A DNA stretch of 64,000 bases from contig JBBRLI010000016.1 of assembly GCA_038231455.1 (NCBI GenBank), positions 1 to 64,000 on the forward strand, written 5' to 3'. Below, piece after piece: positions 27,761 to 37,649 of this stretch; position 1 is the first letter of the stretch; each line of letters begins with the position of its first letter. This stretch comes from Vulcanimicrobiales bacterium. GTDB taxonomy: Bacteria; Vulcanimicrobiota; Vulcanimicrobiia; Vulcanimicrobiales; Vulcanimicrobiaceae. Both the position numbers and the translations under genes were made by a program. The notes beneath the pieces were generated by a model. The model saw only the letters and a list, made by a program, of their open reading frames with translations, was not told where the DNA came from and did not search any database.

Positions 27761-28518
27761 AGCGGTGCGGCAGGTTCGGAGACGTCCGCTACGTTCGTCT
27801 CGACACGCGGATGGCGCGCGTTCAACCACGCAAGCACGGTCCCGCGCGCATGCTCCGCAGCCGTTGTGTGGTCGCTTGCAACGGTGGCAAACGTCTTGGG
27901 TTCGGGCGCACGCTCGACGAGTGCCTCGACGCTCGAGCGCGCCACCATCCCGTCGCGCTCGGCGGCACAATAGAGCACCGGACGACCCGCAAGCCGCGGC
28001 AATGCCTCCTCAAGCAGCGGCGCCCACTGCAATGCAATCTCCGGCAGTGCAAGACCATCGACGTAGGACGATCGCAGATCGACGACGCCGCGCGCGCCGA
28101 GCGCATCGAGGGCACTCGGACGGCCCCAGCCCGTCGCAATCGACACGGCACCGGCGATCGTCGCGTCCGCACCCGCCGTGCACAGTGCCGTGACGGCACC
28201 CATGCTGTGCCCGAGCGTGTAGATCGTGGTCGCGCCGCACGAGCGCGCGTAACGAACCACTGCCGACATCGCATCGACCAGGTCGCCGGCGGAACGCAGC
28301 CGTCCGCCGCTGGAACCGAGTTTGTGACCGGGAAAATCCAAGCTCAAGACCGCGTAGCCGTGACTTGCGAGAAACGCGCAGAGCACATCGAGATTTTGTT
28401 TAGAACTCGAATACCCGTGGCCCGCAACGATCGTGACGGAACGGGCGCGGCGCGCTTCGTAAGCGAGCACGGCGATCTCGTTAGCACCGCCGGGGACGCG
28501 CCGCAGTTCGACGTTCAC
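27757..28518 (-). CDS. alpha/beta hydrolase
   Basis: HGY, DFPGH, GHSMG and a D...H triad. Confidence 0.85.
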   Translation of the reverse strand: MNVELRRVPGGANEIAVLAYEARRARSVTIVAGHGYSSSKQNLDVLCAFLASHGYAVLSLDFPGHKLGSSGGRLRSAGDLVDAMSAVVRYARSCGATTIYTLGHSMGAVTALCTAGADATIAGAVSIATGWGRPSALDALGARGVVDLRSSYVDGLALPEIALQWAPLLEEALPRLAGRPVLYCAAERDGMVARSSVEALVERAPEPKTFATVASDHTTAAEHARGTVLAWLNARHPRVETNVADVSEPAAPL

Positions 28519-28937
28519 GGCGCGATCGTATTCGCACGCCACGTCGCATCGCCGTCGACGTAGTGCTCTTTTTTCCAGACCGGGACGCGGAGTTTCAATT
28601 GGTCGATGACGTACTCGCAGGCATCGAAGGCGACGCCGCGATGTGCGGATGCAGCGGCAATACCGACGCTCGCCTCACCAAGTGCGAGCGCACCGGTGCG
28701 ATGCACGATCGCAACGTCCGCATCGAACCGGCTGCGGGCTTCAGTAGCAATGACCTGCATTTCGGAGAGAGCCATCGCCGGATACGCTTCGTACGTGAGA
28801 CCGTCGACCGGCCGTTCATCGCCGGCGGACGTCGCGCGCACGACACCGAGAAACGTGACCACCGCGCCGCACGCGTCGGTGCGTACGGCGGCGACCAGCG
28901 CGTCGAGCGCGATCGGCGCCTCGACGACGGCGATCAT
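28515..28937 (-). CDS. moaE: molybdopterin synthase catalytic subunit
   Basis: GAVVTFLGVVR, HRTG, SAHR and PVWKKEHY. Confidence 0.95.
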   Translation of the reverse strand: MIAVVEAPIALDALVAAVRTDACGAVVTFLGVVRATSAGDERPVDGLTYEAYPAMALSEMQVIATEARSRFDADVAIVHRTGALALGEASVGIAAASAHRGVAFDACEYVIDQLKLRVPVWKKEHYVDGDATWRANTIAP

Positions 28938-28939
28938 CC

Positions 28940-29185
28940 CTATCCGCCGCCGACCGGCGGCATCAATGCGATCTCATCACCGTCAAAAAGCGCGGTCGTC
29001 TCCTCAGCAAGCACGCCGTTACGCGCGAAGCGCGTCGAGGGCCGCATCGCTGCTGCATCCGGGCGTTCGGCGACCAACTGCTCCCAGAGCGTCGCCAGCG
29101 TCGCGCCATTCGGAAGAGCGCGTGATTGCGATGAGAAGCCGAAGAGTTCGCGCAGCCGAGCGAACGCGAGCACGTTGACCTGCAC
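28940..29185 (-). CDS. moaD: molybdopterin synthase sulfur carrier
   Basis: MQVNVLAFARLRE...DGDEIALMPPVGGG. Confidence 0.93.
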   Translation of the reverse strand: MQVNVLAFARLRELFGFSSQSRALPNGATLATLWEQLVAERPDAAAMRPSTRFARNGVLAEETTALFDGDEIALMPPVGGG

Positions 29186-29187
29186 GT

Positions 29188-29445
29188 CTAATAGCCGCCC
29201 AAATCCGTGGAGTACCCGCGCTCGGTGAGCCACGCACGGCTCTCGTCGTGTAGTCCGAGCAGATCGATCCGGCTGCACGTGAGTTTATGGAGCAGCGTAT
29301 CCCAAAAATGCTGGTCCATATTGTAAATATCGTCCGGCACTTGGTTCTCCGTACGCGAGAATTCGCGCAAGGATTGCCAATCGCGACGCGTGAGGATATC
29401 GCGTAGTCGCGCTTCGTAATCGGGACTCGGCGAGACCGGGTTCAT
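29188..29445 (-). CDS. small hypothetical protein
   Basis: 85 aa ORF packed between the HAD gene and moaD in the same operon. Confidence 0.65.
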   Translation of the reverse strand: MNPVSPSPDYEARLRDILTRRDWQSLREFSRTENQVPDDIYNMDQHFWDTLLHKLTCSRIDLLGLHDESRAWLTERGYSTDLGGY

Positions 29446-29446
29446 C

Positions 29447-30253
29447 TCAGGCCGTTTTGTTCTTACGCGAGATGATGAACTTCTCGAGCGCAAGCGCGAC
29501 GCCGTCACGATCGTGCGAGGCCGTCACATAACGCACTTGATCTTTGACTTCGGGCAGCGCGTTTGCCATCGCAATGCCGATGCCGGCCCACTGCAGCATC
29601 GGGACGTCGTTGCGCGAATCGCCGATCGCAAGCACGCGATCGCGCGTGATGCCGAAATCCGCGCAGAGCCGCGCGAGCGCCGGCTGTTTGCCGGCGTCGC
29701 GGCTGAGCACCGCACACTCGTGAAAATCCAGCCAGTGCTCGTACCGGAAGTTGAGCGGCAAATCGCCGAACTGCTTCTTCATCACTTCGACCGATTCGGC
29801 ACCCAGAAATCGAATGAACGTTGGCGCTTCGGTGAGGATCGCCGCAAGGGATGGCGTATCGCGCCATGTTGGTCCCGTCATATCTTGCATGTAGATGCGC
29901 TCGCCTTCGAGCCGCCAGAACGTCTCTTCGATGTAGACGGCAATCGAGAGTCGCGCTGCCTCGGCAAACTCGATCATAGGTTTGGCGTACTGCAGCGGTA
30001 CCGGAATATGCAGCAGCGTGCGATTGGCCTGAAAGTCCTTGGTGAGCGCACCGTGCGCGCAGATCACCGGCAAATTCAAATTCAGTTCGCGCGAGATGCG
30101 GATCGGCGTGTCGACGCCGCGTCCGGTGACGAGCACAACGCGAATACCCTCGGCGAGGCACTCGGTGATCGCGGCTTTATTGCGGGCGGAGACCGACTCG
30201 TCGGGACCCAGAAGCGTCCCGTCGAGATCGAGGGCGATGAGATCGATAGACAT
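29447..30253 (-). CDS. Cof-type HAD hydrolase
   Basis: IALDLDGTLL, VTGR and IGDSRNDVPML. Confidence 0.93.
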   Translation of the reverse strand: MSIDLIALDLDGTLLGPDESVSARNKAAITECLAEGIRVVLVTGRGVDTPIRISRELNLNLPVICAHGALTKDFQANRTLLHIPVPLQYAKPMIEFAEAARLSIAVYIEETFWRLEGERIYMQDMTGPTWRDTPSLAAILTEAPTFIRFLGAESVEVMKKQFGDLPLNFRYEHWLDFHECAVLSRDAGKQPALARLCADFGITRDRVLAIGDSRNDVPMLQWAGIGIAMANALPEVKDQVRYVTASHDRDGVALALEKFIISRKNKTA

Positions 30254-30819
30254 TACTGGCCTTGGGATTCGGCGTCGAGCCGCATCTCCATCGTCAGAAT
30301 GTCGACGCGTGGAATCCCCGCCCGCAGTTCGAGGTGATCGCGTAGCCAACCATGGCTCGGCGAGGCAAGCAAAGCCACGTAATCGAGGCTGTCATCTGCG
30401 GCCAGACGCCGGAGCGCCGTTTGGCGGAAACCAGCCGCTCGGTAGGCGGCGATCGCACGCAGGTTGTAGCCCGCGACATCGAGCGTCAACGTGCGGAAGC
30501 CCTCACCAGCGAGTTGCCGGCCAAGCTCGACGATGACGCGCCGCCCGATGCCGCGCCCGATCACGCGTGGGTCGCTCGAGATACCGAGGTCCGCCGTCCC
30601 AAAGGTCGGATCGATTTTCCGCACGATCGCGTGCACCGCGAACGCTCCATCGAGCAGTCCTGCGAATTGCCGCGTGCGGGGGCGCGCGCTCAGGACATCC
30701 CAATAGGCATCGCACTCCGCGTCGCTGAGCGCGGGGACGTTGTAGGCGGTGAAGAGCGGATCGGTATGCCGGCCCCACGACCGCATCGCATCGAGGTCGG
30801 CGCGGCACATCGGACGCAC
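30253..30819 (-). CDS. GNAT (RimL-like) acetyltransferase; start uncertain
   Basis: GRGIGR and NLRAIAAYRAAGF motifs. Confidence 0.8.
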   Translation of the reverse strand: MRPMCRADLDAMRSWGRHTDPLFTAYNVPALSDAECDAYWDVLSARPRTRQFAGLLDGAFAVHAIVRKIDPTFGTADLGISSDPRVIGRGIGRRVIVELGRQLAGEGFRTLTLDVAGYNLRAIAAYRAAGFRQTALRRLAADDSLDYVALLASPSHGWLRDHLELRAGIPRVDILTMEMRLDAESQGQ

Positions 30820-30870
30820 CGTAATCTCGGGAGCGGAAACGAAGGTCGTGCTACACTCGTTTCCATTACT

Positions 30871-31245
30871 ATGTTGCACGCGATCTCGGCCTTCGCCGTC
30901 GCTCTGGTCCTCACCGCCGCATCGGCGGCGTCGGCATCGTCCGACCGCTGCACGAAAGACGCATTAACGATCGAAGGCGTTCCGGTGATGGCGACGATCT
31001 GCGTCCCGGCGGGTGCCAGCGGATCGAAGGTCACCGTGAGCGAGACGCTCGTGGGAAGCGCGGGCACCCTCAACCATACCACCATCTTCGATTTGTTGCC
31101 CGCAGGCGTGTCGCGGACCGTCGACGACATCGTCCTCGAGAAGCTCGGCTCGAAGCGCACCTTGCACGTGACGCTCGCTTACCGCGAGGGGGTCGTGACG
31201 CTGGAACATGCCCTCTTACTGCCCGGAGCCATTCCCGTCAAGTAA
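30871..31245 (+). CDS. secreted hypothetical protein
   Basis: Signal peptide MLHAISAFAVALVLTAASA and two Cys. Confidence 0.7.
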   Translation: MLHAISAFAVALVLTAASAASASSDRCTKDALTIEGVPVMATICVPAGASGSKVTVSETLVGSAGTLNHTTIFDLLPAGVSRTVDDIVLEKLGSKRTLHVTLAYREGVVTLEHALLLPGAIPVK

Positions 31246-31389
31246 AATCGTTGGAGCGCCAGCCGGGTCCATCGCAACCTCTTGCCCGGACCAAGTTTTG
31301 TCGCTGGGGTAATGAAGCGCCGCTATATCGCCCACTCCTGTCCCAAAATCACCGAGTGTTGCGACTCGGTCCCCCGGTAGGTATCGCAC

Positions 31390-32826
31390 GTGGCATGCAC
31401 CGCGGTAAAAACCGACATGACGGCTCAGGAACGTGGCCGCTACCTCTATGAGAACATCCCTCCGGGGCTCTTCCGAGCCGAAGGAATCGCGGATGGTTCC
31501 GTAGCCTGGCGAGTCTCTCCGGAGCCGTTTTCGCTCTCTCCGCAAACCGGTGCGGCGATCGAGGCGCTCGGTGCAGATCTGGTCACGTTTTACAAAGCGC
31601 TCAACGCCCTCTACTTACGCAGCGCGCGCGGCACAGCGCCGGACTTCATCGCGCAGTATCTGGATCAAGGCAAACCCGAGAACATCATCAAGCTTGCGCG
31701 GATGAATCGCTTTAAAGGCGATATCCCGCAGGTGATTCGTCCCGATCTCATTCTTACCGAGGGCGGATTCATCGCAAGCGAACTCGACAGCGTGCCGGGC
31801 GGCATGGGATTCGTCGCGGCGATGGCATCGACGTACTGTGGGATCGGGCACGATACGCTCGGCGGCGTCGACGGCATGCCGATGCGCTTTGCCGAGATGC
31901 TCGTTGCAACAGCCGGCAAACCGCAGCCGACGGTTGCGGTGGTCGTTTCGGATGAATCCGCGGATTATCGCGGGGAACTTGGCTGGCTTGCCGGGCGCAT
32001 CAATGCGCTGGGCACCGCGCGTGTCATCGTTTGCGCTCCGCCCGATATCGCTTTTACCGAAGAGGCGCTTTTCTTCCGCGGCGAGGACGGCCGCGAAGAA
32101 AAGATCGACGTGCTCTACCGCAATTTCGAGCTGTTCGATTTGCTTAATATCCCCAAGCAGGATCTGATCTTGTACGCGGCGCGCCACAATCGCGTGAAAA
32201 TGACGCCGCCTCCCAAAGCCCACCTCGAAGAAAAATTGACGTTCGCGCTGCTGCACAATCCGCAGCTCGAAGCTTTATGGAAAACCGAGATGGGGGCGGA
32301 GGTCTACAACCGGCTCAAGACGATTTTCCCGCAGACTTGGGTGATCGATCCGCGCCCGCTTCCGCCGCAGGCCGCGATCAGCGGACTCACCGCAAGCGGA
32401 ACGCCGGTGCGCGATTGGATGCAACTTGCGGCGCTCGGGAAGAGCGATCGCGACTATGTCATCAAACCTTCGGGATTCTCGGAACTCGCGTGGGGATCGC
32501 GCGGCGTGCGCGTCGCAAACGACCTCACCAAAGATGCGTGGATTGCGGCGATCTCGGATGCCGTCACGGCGTACGATCGCACGCCGCACATCCTTCAGCG
32601 TTTCCACAAAGGCCGGCGCGTCGAGGTGACGTGGTTCGACCGTTCGAGCGGCGAGCTCAAACCGATGACCGGACGCGTGCGCCTCACGCCGTACTTCTTC
32701 GTTGTCGACGGCGCCGCGAAACTCGGCGGCGTGCTCGCCACGATCGCGCCGGCTGACAAACGCCTGATCCACGGTATGAGCGATGCAATCATGGCACCCT
32801 GCGCGATCGTCGAGGGCGGCTATTAG
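31390..32826 (+). CDS. ATP-grasp amide ligase (glutathionylspermidine-synthase / circularly permuted ATP-grasp-like)
   Basis: IRPDLIL...SELDSVPGGMG, YRNFE, VIKPSG...WGSRGV and ILQRF. Confidence 0.7.
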   Translation: MACTAVKTDMTAQERGRYLYENIPPGLFRAEGIADGSVAWRVSPEPFSLSPQTGAAIEALGADLVTFYKALNALYLRSARGTAPDFIAQYLDQGKPENIIKLARMNRFKGDIPQVIRPDLILTEGGFIASELDSVPGGMGFVAAMASTYCGIGHDTLGGVDGMPMRFAEMLVATAGKPQPTVAVVVSDESADYRGELGWLAGRINALGTARVIVCAPPDIAFTEEALFFRGEDGREEKIDVLYRNFELFDLLNIPKQDLILYAARHNRVKMTPPPKAHLEEKLTFALLHNPQLEALWKTEMGAEVYNRLKTIFPQTWVIDPRPLPPQAAISGLTASGTPVRDWMQLAALGKSDRDYVIKPSGFSELAWGSRGVRVANDLTKDAWIAAISDAVTAYDRTPHILQRFHKGRRVEVTWFDRSSGELKPMTGRVRLTPYFFVVDGAAKLGGVLATIAPADKRLIHGMSDAIMAPCAIVEGGY

Positions 32827-32851
32827 CGCACCGGTGATGTCGGGCGGGCGA

Positions 32852-33502
32852 ATGATTCTCCGCGGCCGGATCATCGGTTTCGGCGCGGCGATCCTCACCG
32901 CCGTCGCCGTTTTGATCTTCGCTCCGCACAGTTTTTCGGGCATCGCGCGCGACATCGCTGCCTACGATGCCGGCGCGATCGTGCTGCTCGTCGCGATCTA
33001 CTCGCTGACGATGTCGGACGATGCCGATCGCACGCGAACGCGCGCGGGGACGGACGATCCCGGCCGCTACATCGTGTTCTTCTCGATTCTGATTAGCTGC
33101 GCGATCGCGATGGGATCGGCGCTGCTCGTCCTCCCAAAGCCGCACAAATACGTGCATGACTGGGAGACGCAGTTCGTGATGGTCTTGGGGATCATTGCGG
33201 TCGGCTGCGCCTGGACGCTCATCCACACCGCGATGTCCTTACGCTATGCACGCCTCTTCTACTACGACGACGGCGACGGCACCGGAATCGGCGGCCTCGA
33301 ATTTCCGAAGACGCCCGCGCCCGACGACTACGACTTCATGTACTTCTCGTTTATCATCGGGATGACGTTTCAGGTCTCCGACGTCTTGGTCACGGACCCC
33401 GCATTCCGGCGCCACGTGCTCTACCACAGCGTCATCTCGTTTGTGTTCAATACCGCGATCATTGCGCTGGGCGTGAACATCGTCTCAGGCCTCATCCATT
33501 AG
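32852..33502 (+). CDS. DUF1345-family membrane protein
   Basis: PDDYDFMYFSFIIGMTFQVSD...HSVISFVFN. Confidence 0.85.
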   Translation: MILRGRIIGFGAAILTAVAVLIFAPHSFSGIARDIAAYDAGAIVLLVAIYSLTMSDDADRTRTRAGTDDPGRYIVFFSILISCAIAMGSALLVLPKPHKYVHDWETQFVMVLGIIAVGCAWTLIHTAMSLRYARLFYYDDGDGTGIGGLEFPKTPAPDDYDFMYFSFIIGMTFQVSDVLVTDPAFRRHVLYHSVISFVFNTAIIALGVNIVSGLIH

Positions 33503-33511
33503 GCCGCGGGT

Positions 33512-33940
33512 CTAACTCGGCGTGACGATATCCGCATTCGTACGCGAAGCATCGATCCGAATCTGAACGCCGATGCCGCGTCCGAATGCAGCGAGCGGCA
33601 CGTAAAGCGAATTGTTGAGCAGAAACGGCGATCCCGACAAACGCACTTTGCGACCTTGGACGACGCCAATCGGGCTGTTCACCGTAAAGGCGACGGAGTG
33701 CCCGCGAACGACGGTGCTGTACGTCTTGCCTTTGATGGACATCAAACCGCTGAACGTTTTGTTCAACAGAATCATATCCGCGTACACGACGCCGTTATGA
33801 TTGAGCGCAACCACGCCGTTGCCGGCGACCGGTCGGCCGTCAAGGGTTAGCTTCACCGACGTATTTGCGGCAAGTGCACTCGTGCCGAGCGCAGCGGCGA
33901 GGACCAGCGCGCTACCGATTGAAAAAATTCGTTGGATCAT
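33512..33940 (-). CDS. secreted copper-amine-oxidase N-terminal (stalk) domain protein
   Basis: Signal peptide, LTLDGR and PFLLNNSLYVPL. Confidence 0.75.
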   Translation of the reverse strand: MIQRIFSIGSALVLAAALGTSALAANTSVKLTLDGRPVAGNGVVALNHNGVVYADMILLNKTFSGLMSIKGKTYSTVVRGHSVAFTVNSPIGVVQGRKVRLSGSPFLLNNSLYVPLAAFGRGIGVQIRIDASRTNADIVTPS

Positions 33941-34572
33941 GCAACTCCGAGCATCTCTTTAGTATGCCAGGCAATGTTTTGCGCGCGGTCGCCGACCCGT
34001 TCGAGGGAAGCGAGCACGAAGAGCAAGAGCGTCCCAGCCCGCACAAGCTCCGGGTCTGCTTGCATCTCTTCCTGCAATGCCTCGATGCCGCGCCGGTAGA
34101 GGTTGTCCACCTCGTCGTCCTGATGGATCACGACATCCGCAATAGCGACGTCGTTTTCCCGGTACCCGCGCATCGTCTCGGAGAGCATCGTCTCCGCGAC
34201 GGCAGCGATGCGGCCGATCTCAACGCGCGCGGGGCGTAGCGGAACGTCGATGAGCTTGATTGCGTTCTTTGCGATGTCGACGGCGTAATCGCCGATCCGC
34301 TCGAGATCGGTAACGATCTGCAGCATCGTTGCGATCGCGCGCAGTTCGCCTGCGACGGGCTGCTGTTTCCAGATCAGCTCGATACAGCGTGCTTCGATTT
34401 TGCGACGCAGTTCGTCCATCTCATCATCGCCCGCGATGACGCGCGCGGCAAGCGCCGAGTCGCGCCGCTCGAGCGCGGCGGTAGAAGCGTGGATGGCGTC
34501 GGTGGCAAGCGCACCGAGCCGGACGACGTCGAGACGCGTATTTTCGAGCGTCTCATGGTAAGCCATTCGCAT
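33937..34572 (-). CDS. phoU: phosphate signalling protein PhoU
   Basis: QQPVAGELR, DLERIGDYA and LERVGDRAQNIA. Confidence 0.95.
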   Translation of the reverse strand: MRMAYHETLENTRLDVVRLGALATDAIHASTAALERRDSALAARVIAGDDEMDELRRKIEARCIELIWKQQPVAGELRAIATMLQIVTDLERIGDYAVDIAKNAIKLIDVPLRPARVEIGRIAAVAETMLSETMRGYRENDVAIADVVIHQDDEVDNLYRRGIEALQEEMQADPELVRAGTLLLFVLASLERVGDRAQNIAWHTKEMLGVA

Positions 34573-34692
34573 AGTTCGTTTATAACACCGATCTTTGGGC
34601 TGGGCCTCTCGCCTGATGGCCCCGGCTCCTTGGAGGGGAGCGCGAAGCGACGAACCTAGATTAGAGGCAAGACATTATCGTTTTCATAATGA

Positions 34693-35514
34693 TTGGGGAT
34701 TTTTGCGGTGAGTACTACGGACTTTGACGCTCTCGAGACGGTTGCCGTCCAGATCGACGGGGCGATCGGAACGATCACCCTCGATCGACCCAAGGTGCTC
34801 AACGCCCTCAATCGACAACTGCTCGCCGAGCTCGGCTCGGCACTTGCGGCGCTCGAAGACGACCCGAGCATCCGCGCTATCATCGTAACGGGGCGCGGCG
34901 AAAAAGCGTTCGCCGCCGGGGCCGACATCGGTGAACTCGGCGCGCTGCCCTCGGCGGTTGAGGGCGCAGCCCAAGCACGCCGCGGTCAGGCGATCACGCT
35001 TCAGATGGAGCGGATGCGCACGCCGATAATCGTCGCGGTGAACGGATTTGCGCTCGGCGGCGGCTGCGAAATTGCCATGGGCGGCGACATCCGCATCGCC
35101 GCGTTGACCGCGAAATTTGGCCAGCCGGAGGTCAATCTCGGGCTGATCCCCGGCTACGGTGGAACCCAGCGAATGGCGCGGCTGCTAGGTCGCGGTGCGG
35201 CAATGTACCTCTGCCTCACCGCAGAGATGATCGATGCACCCGAAGCCTTGCGGCTGGGCCTGGTCCAAAAAGTCGTCCCGCTCGCCGGGCTGATGCACGA
35301 AGCCCAGCGCATCGCGCAATTGATCGCCGCGAAAGCTCCGCTTGCGATCGCCGCAACGAAGGCCGCGATCAACGACGGTTTGGGTGCGGCTTCGATCGGC
35401 GAGGGGCTTGCAATCGAAGCGCTCCACTTCGGGTCGATGGTGAATACGGAAGATTTCGCCGAGGGCACGAAAGCATTTCTCGAAAAGCGCGCGGCGGTCT
35501 TTACCGGTCGCTAA
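34693..35514 (+). CDS. enoyl-CoA hydratase/isomerase (alternative start GTG 34708)
   Basis: AFAAGADI, ALGGGCE and GQPEVNLGLIPGYGGTQR. Confidence 0.93.
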   Translation: MGIFAVSTTDFDALETVAVQIDGAIGTITLDRPKVLNALNRQLLAELGSALAALEDDPSIRAIIVTGRGEKAFAAGADIGELGALPSAVEGAAQARRGQAITLQMERMRTPIIVAVNGFALGGGCEIAMGGDIRIAALTAKFGQPEVNLGLIPGYGGTQRMARLLGRGAAMYLCLTAEMIDAPEALRLGLVQKVVPLAGLMHEAQRIAQLIAAKAPLAIAATKAAINDGLGAASIGEGLAIEALHFGSMVNTEDFAEGTKAFLEKRAAVFTGR

Positions 35515-37588
35515 GCCCGAGATCCCACGCGTTCCAATAGTCGCGGCCCAAGACGTTTGGTCGGAAATGCACGGTACGCGCGGAGAGCGCGTACGCGCTG
35601 CGTTCGAATCCGAGTGGCAAAACCGGGAGATCGGCTTGCAGTTGATCTCCCGCGAGCTTGTACCAGCGCTGACGTTCGGCATCGTCGTAGGTCGCCGCGC
35701 CATTGCGTTCGTCTCGATCGAAATCCGTGCTGCAGTAGCCCATGGAGTTGCCGCCACCCGGCGGCTTCGCCGCGCAGCCGAAGAGATACGAGCGATCGGG
35801 GTCAAGACTCGGCGACCACGACGTCAGCGCCAAGTCGTACTTGCCGCTCTCCAAAATGCCGCCGGAGTCTTTGGCGCCCCAGAACGTGCCCGGGGCGTAT
35901 GATTTGATCGTCGCCGTTATCCCCGCACGCGCGAGTTGATCCACGATCTGCACCGCAGCCGCATCGCTCGAGCGCCACGTGCCCGCGATCGCGAGTTCGA
36001 CGTTCAGTGCCCGGCCGCCGAGTTGCGCGCGCGCGGCCGTCGCATCGAGCGGCGGCAGTGTGTGCCCGCTACGGTAGCGCGCGTCCAGCTGATCGGAATC
36101 CGTCGGCTCTTCGAGTCCACGGTACACCGTCTGAGCGATGCGCGCACGATCGATGGCCCGCGCGACGGCTTTGCGAACGCGCGCATCGGCAAACGTCGGA
36201 CGCGCAAGATTGAACTGTACGTAGTCGACAATGTTCGTCGTCGCGGTCGCAATGTGTAAGCCCGGAAGCGTGCGCACCGTATCGACCTGCGCTCCGGAAA
36301 GATAGATCGCATCGAGTTGACCGGTGCGCGCGAGGAGCAGACGCGTTTGGGGCGAGGGGACAACCGAGACACGCAAGCGGTCGAGCGCCGCGGGGCCGCG
36401 CCAATAGTACGGATTGCGCGCGAAGTCGAGGCGTTCGCCGCGCTTCCACCGCGTCAGGCGAAACGGCCCTAAACCCACCGGCTGCGTGTCGAGCGAACTG
36501 CGGTCCAGACTGGCAAGCGACCCGACCACGTGTTTTGGAAGAATCGCAAACGGATCGCTTGCGCCGAGGGTGAGAAACGAAGAAACGAACGGCGCTGATG
36601 GTTCGCGTAGCGTGACGACGAGCGTATCGCGGCGCGGCACGCGCACGGCGGCGATGCGGTCGACCGTCGAGCGGTCGGGGACGCTCGTGCGCGGGTTCCG
36701 TAACGCATCGATCGTGAACGCGACATCGCGCGCATCGAACGGCGCCCCGTCCGACCAGCGGCCCGTCCGAATGCGATACGTGATCGTCCGTCCGTCAGCA
36801 GAGATGCCGCCGTTCGCGCGCGTCGGGATCTCGCGCGCCGCATCGGGGACGAGTACGCCCCGATCGTCTACTAAAAAGAGATAGCCTTGTGTGAGCGGAG
36901 CGAGCTGCCAGCCATAGGGTGTGTTGCGAATCGTGTTGAGGGAACTTGGGTCTTCTTCAACTGCGAGGCTAAACGGTTGGGAGGTCTCCGCCGCCTGTGC
37001 GGGCGCGAACAGGGCAGTTTTCGGCTTCTTCGGCCCCGATACGTAGGTCGAGCGCGCGTTCTCCATCGCCGACTCGATCGCGGGATTGAAGCCGACCCAC
37101 TTCGCGCGCTCGAATCCCGCGGGGTCGACGACGACGATCGTGGGGAAATTGTCGATGCCGAAAGCGTGACCGGCGATCTGATCCGGGTCGAATGCGACGT
37201 TGTGCATGTCGTGCGCGACGGCAAAATCGCGCGCCACGGGAGGCGGTTCGCCGACGTCGATCGCGATGACGTCGACGTCCGGATGCGTTTTTGCATAGTG
37301 CTCGACAAGCGGCAATGCCAACTTGCACGGCTCGCACCACGACGCCCAGAAGTCTAAGAAGACGAGGTGCCCGCGATGGGCCCCAAGGGAGAAACCCGGC
37401 CCGGAGAGGGCGCTCAAGCGGACCTCAGGTGCCCGAACGAGGCTCGATGTGTCGAGTAGCCGCGGCGCGATCACGAATTTGAAGACGGCAAACGCGATTA
37501 CGAGTACCGCAAGGCCATCGAGGATGCGTCCCGTCCAGGGTTTCGGCGGTCGTACGGGCGCAATCGGCGTCGGTTCGGGTGTCTCCAT
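35501..37588 (-). CDS. fusion: membrane-anchored TlpA/ResA thioredoxin plus family-5 ABC substrate-binding domain
   Basis: One open frame from ATG 37588: TM helix, LDFWASWCEPC, then WSDGAPFDARDVAFT, PVGLGPF and RNPYYW. Confidence 0.85.
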   Translation of the reverse strand: METPEPTPIAPVRPPKPWTGRILDGLAVLVIAFAVFKFVIAPRLLDTSSLVRAPEVRLSALSGPGFSLGAHRGHLVFLDFWASWCEPCKLALPLVEHYAKTHPDVDVIAIDVGEPPPVARDFAVAHDMHNVAFDPDQIAGHAFGIDNFPTIVVVDPAGFERAKWVGFNPAIESAMENARSTYVSGPKKPKTALFAPAQAAETSQPFSLAVEEDPSSLNTIRNTPYGWQLAPLTQGYLFLVDDRGVLVPDAAREIPTRANGGISADGRTITYRIRTGRWSDGAPFDARDVAFTIDALRNPRTSVPDRSTVDRIAAVRVPRRDTLVVTLREPSAPFVSSFLTLGASDPFAILPKHVVGSLASLDRSSLDTQPVGLGPFRLTRWKRGERLDFARNPYYWRGPAALDRLRVSVVPSPQTRLLLARTGQLDAIYLSGAQVDTVRTLPGLHIATATTNIVDYVQFNLARPTFADARVRKAVARAIDRARIAQTVYRGLEEPTDSDQLDARYRSGHTLPPLDATAARAQLGGRALNVELAIAGTWRSSDAAAVQIVDQLARAGITATIKSYAPGTFWGAKDSGGILESGKYDLALTSWSPSLDPDRSYLFGCAAKPPGGGNSMGYCSTDFDRDERNGAATYDDAERQRWYKLAGDQLQADLPVLPLGFERSAYALSARTVHFRPNVLGRDYWNAWDLGLSDR

Positions 37589-37649
37589 AACAGCCGCCAG
37601 AGTTTTGCCGAAGGGAAAGAACACCCCTCGGCGCGCATAGGAGCCCTCG

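Noticed and set aside
31308-31340. Fluoride riboswitch-like start GGTAATGAAGCGCC
   Set aside because: It lacks the downstream GCUnAUGAC-type pseudoknot segment, and no fluoride-related gene follows.
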